The notes below the pieces were generated by a model. The model searched no databases, had not been told where the DNA came from, and saw only the letters and a list, made by a program, of their open reading frames with translations. Below are positions 6,966-7,990 of a stretch of DNA of 7,990 bases, in pieces. Each line of letters opens with the position of its first letter. The stretch's first letter is position 1. This stretch comes from Octopus sinensis (lineage: Eukaryota), in contig NW_021828622.1 in NCBI RefSeq assembly GCF_006345805.1, positions 1 to 7,990 of the forward strand, read 5' to 3'. The translations under genes and the position numbers were made by a program.

Positions 6966-7750
6966 TTGTTATTGTTGTTGTTTATTCGACATTTGATAGT
7001 TCAGGCAAATTTCTGCTGCATCACATATTACAACTCCGTGCTAGTGTGTTCTTGGAGTTTTTTTCTTTCTTTTTTTTTTTGAGATAGTGGGAGTACAAAC
7101 TCTTCCTGATATTGCATTGAATAATTTGTTTTGTTATGGGGTTTGGGCTTGCGTCTTTGTGTGCATTAGTGTTTATATTGTGTTGTGTGCTGCGTGTGCA
7201 ACGTGAGTTTTGTTCTTCTGTTGGATATCCGACCATGTAGAATACATGTTGCGGAAGTTCTTTATTTCATTAGACATTTACTGTACAGAGTGTGTCTTGT
7301 GTTTCTGGATTGTCATATTTGGGTCGTATTATTGAATTGATAGTGTTCTTGCGTAGGATGTGGGCTGTTCCTAGCAGGGTTATCTTTTGAATAATGTTAG
7401 AGTTGAGGATACAGTATATATTCTACGCTTCCTGGTTATACGTTTCTTTTAAAATCATGCTCAATATCCAATTACAACTGGTATTCTTTTCACTTTCATA
7501 CCCACATCTTTATAACTTCAATTTCAAGGTTTTTTGCACTTAGACAATTTCTTCACTTCTTTTGAGCAATATTTTGATCAGAAGGAACCGCAACGTCTAT
7601 TAGCAAGCAAGCTATTTTTATTTATTTTATCATCCCCCCCCCCCAATCCTATTATTATCTCTGGCGATTAAATTTTATTCGTTTGTCGGTTTGAACAGGT
7701 ATAGCTCAAATGATTGTGGCCTGGGCGTTATCATGTACCTTGTTTAGCAC
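6966..7750 (-). mobile_element. 3' part of an RLE-type non-LTR retrotransposon (R4/Dong/NeSL-like), degraded
   Basis: Minus-strand translation across frameshifts: KVHDNAQATII*AIPVQTDKRIKFN(R)PEIII..CLLIDVAVPSDQNIAQ(K)EVKKLSKCKNLEIEVIKMW(G)MKVKRIPVVIG..IQKITLLGTAHILRK(T)LSIQ* (stop 7331-7329), a restriction-like endonuclease of the PD..D..K..KY type. Assigning 7328 to ~6966 as 3' UTR is tentative. Confidence 0.85.
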
Positions 7751-7761
7751 ACGTTTATACC

Positions 7762-7982
7762 GTTTCTTATTTCTTTATTGCCCACAAGGGGCTAAACATA
7801 GAGCGGACAAACAAGGACAGACAAAGGGATTAAGTCGACCCCAGTGCATAACTGTACTTATTCAATCGAACCCGAAAGGATGAAAGGCAAAGTCGACCTC
7901 GGCGGAATTTGAACTTAGAGCGGCAGACGAAATACCGCTAAGCATCTCGCCCAGCGTGCTACGTTTCTGCCAGCTCGCCGCC
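7762..7982 (-). mobile_element. Young tRNA-derived SINE (~220 bp) with a Meta-domain-like core
   Basis: Head GGCGGCGAGCTGGCAGAAACG; B box GTTCAAATTCC (7914-7904); core GTCGACTTTGCCTTTCATCCTTTCGGGTTCGAT; tail ...CTTGTGGGCAATAAAGAAATAAGAAAC. Two older homologues lie in this window. The Meta-domain resemblance is from memory. Confidence 0.88.
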
Positions 7983-7990
7983 TTCCACGT

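Overview
AT-rich, microsatellite-dense animal DNA with no intact protein-coding gene; nearly all of it is decayed retroelement sequence. The SINE families and repeat style suggest an octopus (recognised from memory, not from a search). From left to right: a 333-bp unit with a ~138-bp terminal direct repeat that carries a minus-strand Type I minimal hammerhead fold (retrozyme / Penelope pLTR-like); an old tRNA-SINE; a Penelope-like relic with a second, decayed hammerhead and a nested SINE; a CR1/L2-type endonuclease scrap; (CAT)n; a Tx1-clade LINE that keeps both ends but has lost most of its endonuclease and its RT core; a young tRNA-SINE; a head-to-head (TAG)n/(TAC)n palindrome; the 3' end of an RLE-type LINE; and a young SINE whose 3' tail matches the Tx1 3' end. 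The ORFs in the track are artefacts of repeats or off-frame reads of these relics. Protein motifs were translated by hand across frameshifts and stops, so boundaries are approximate.
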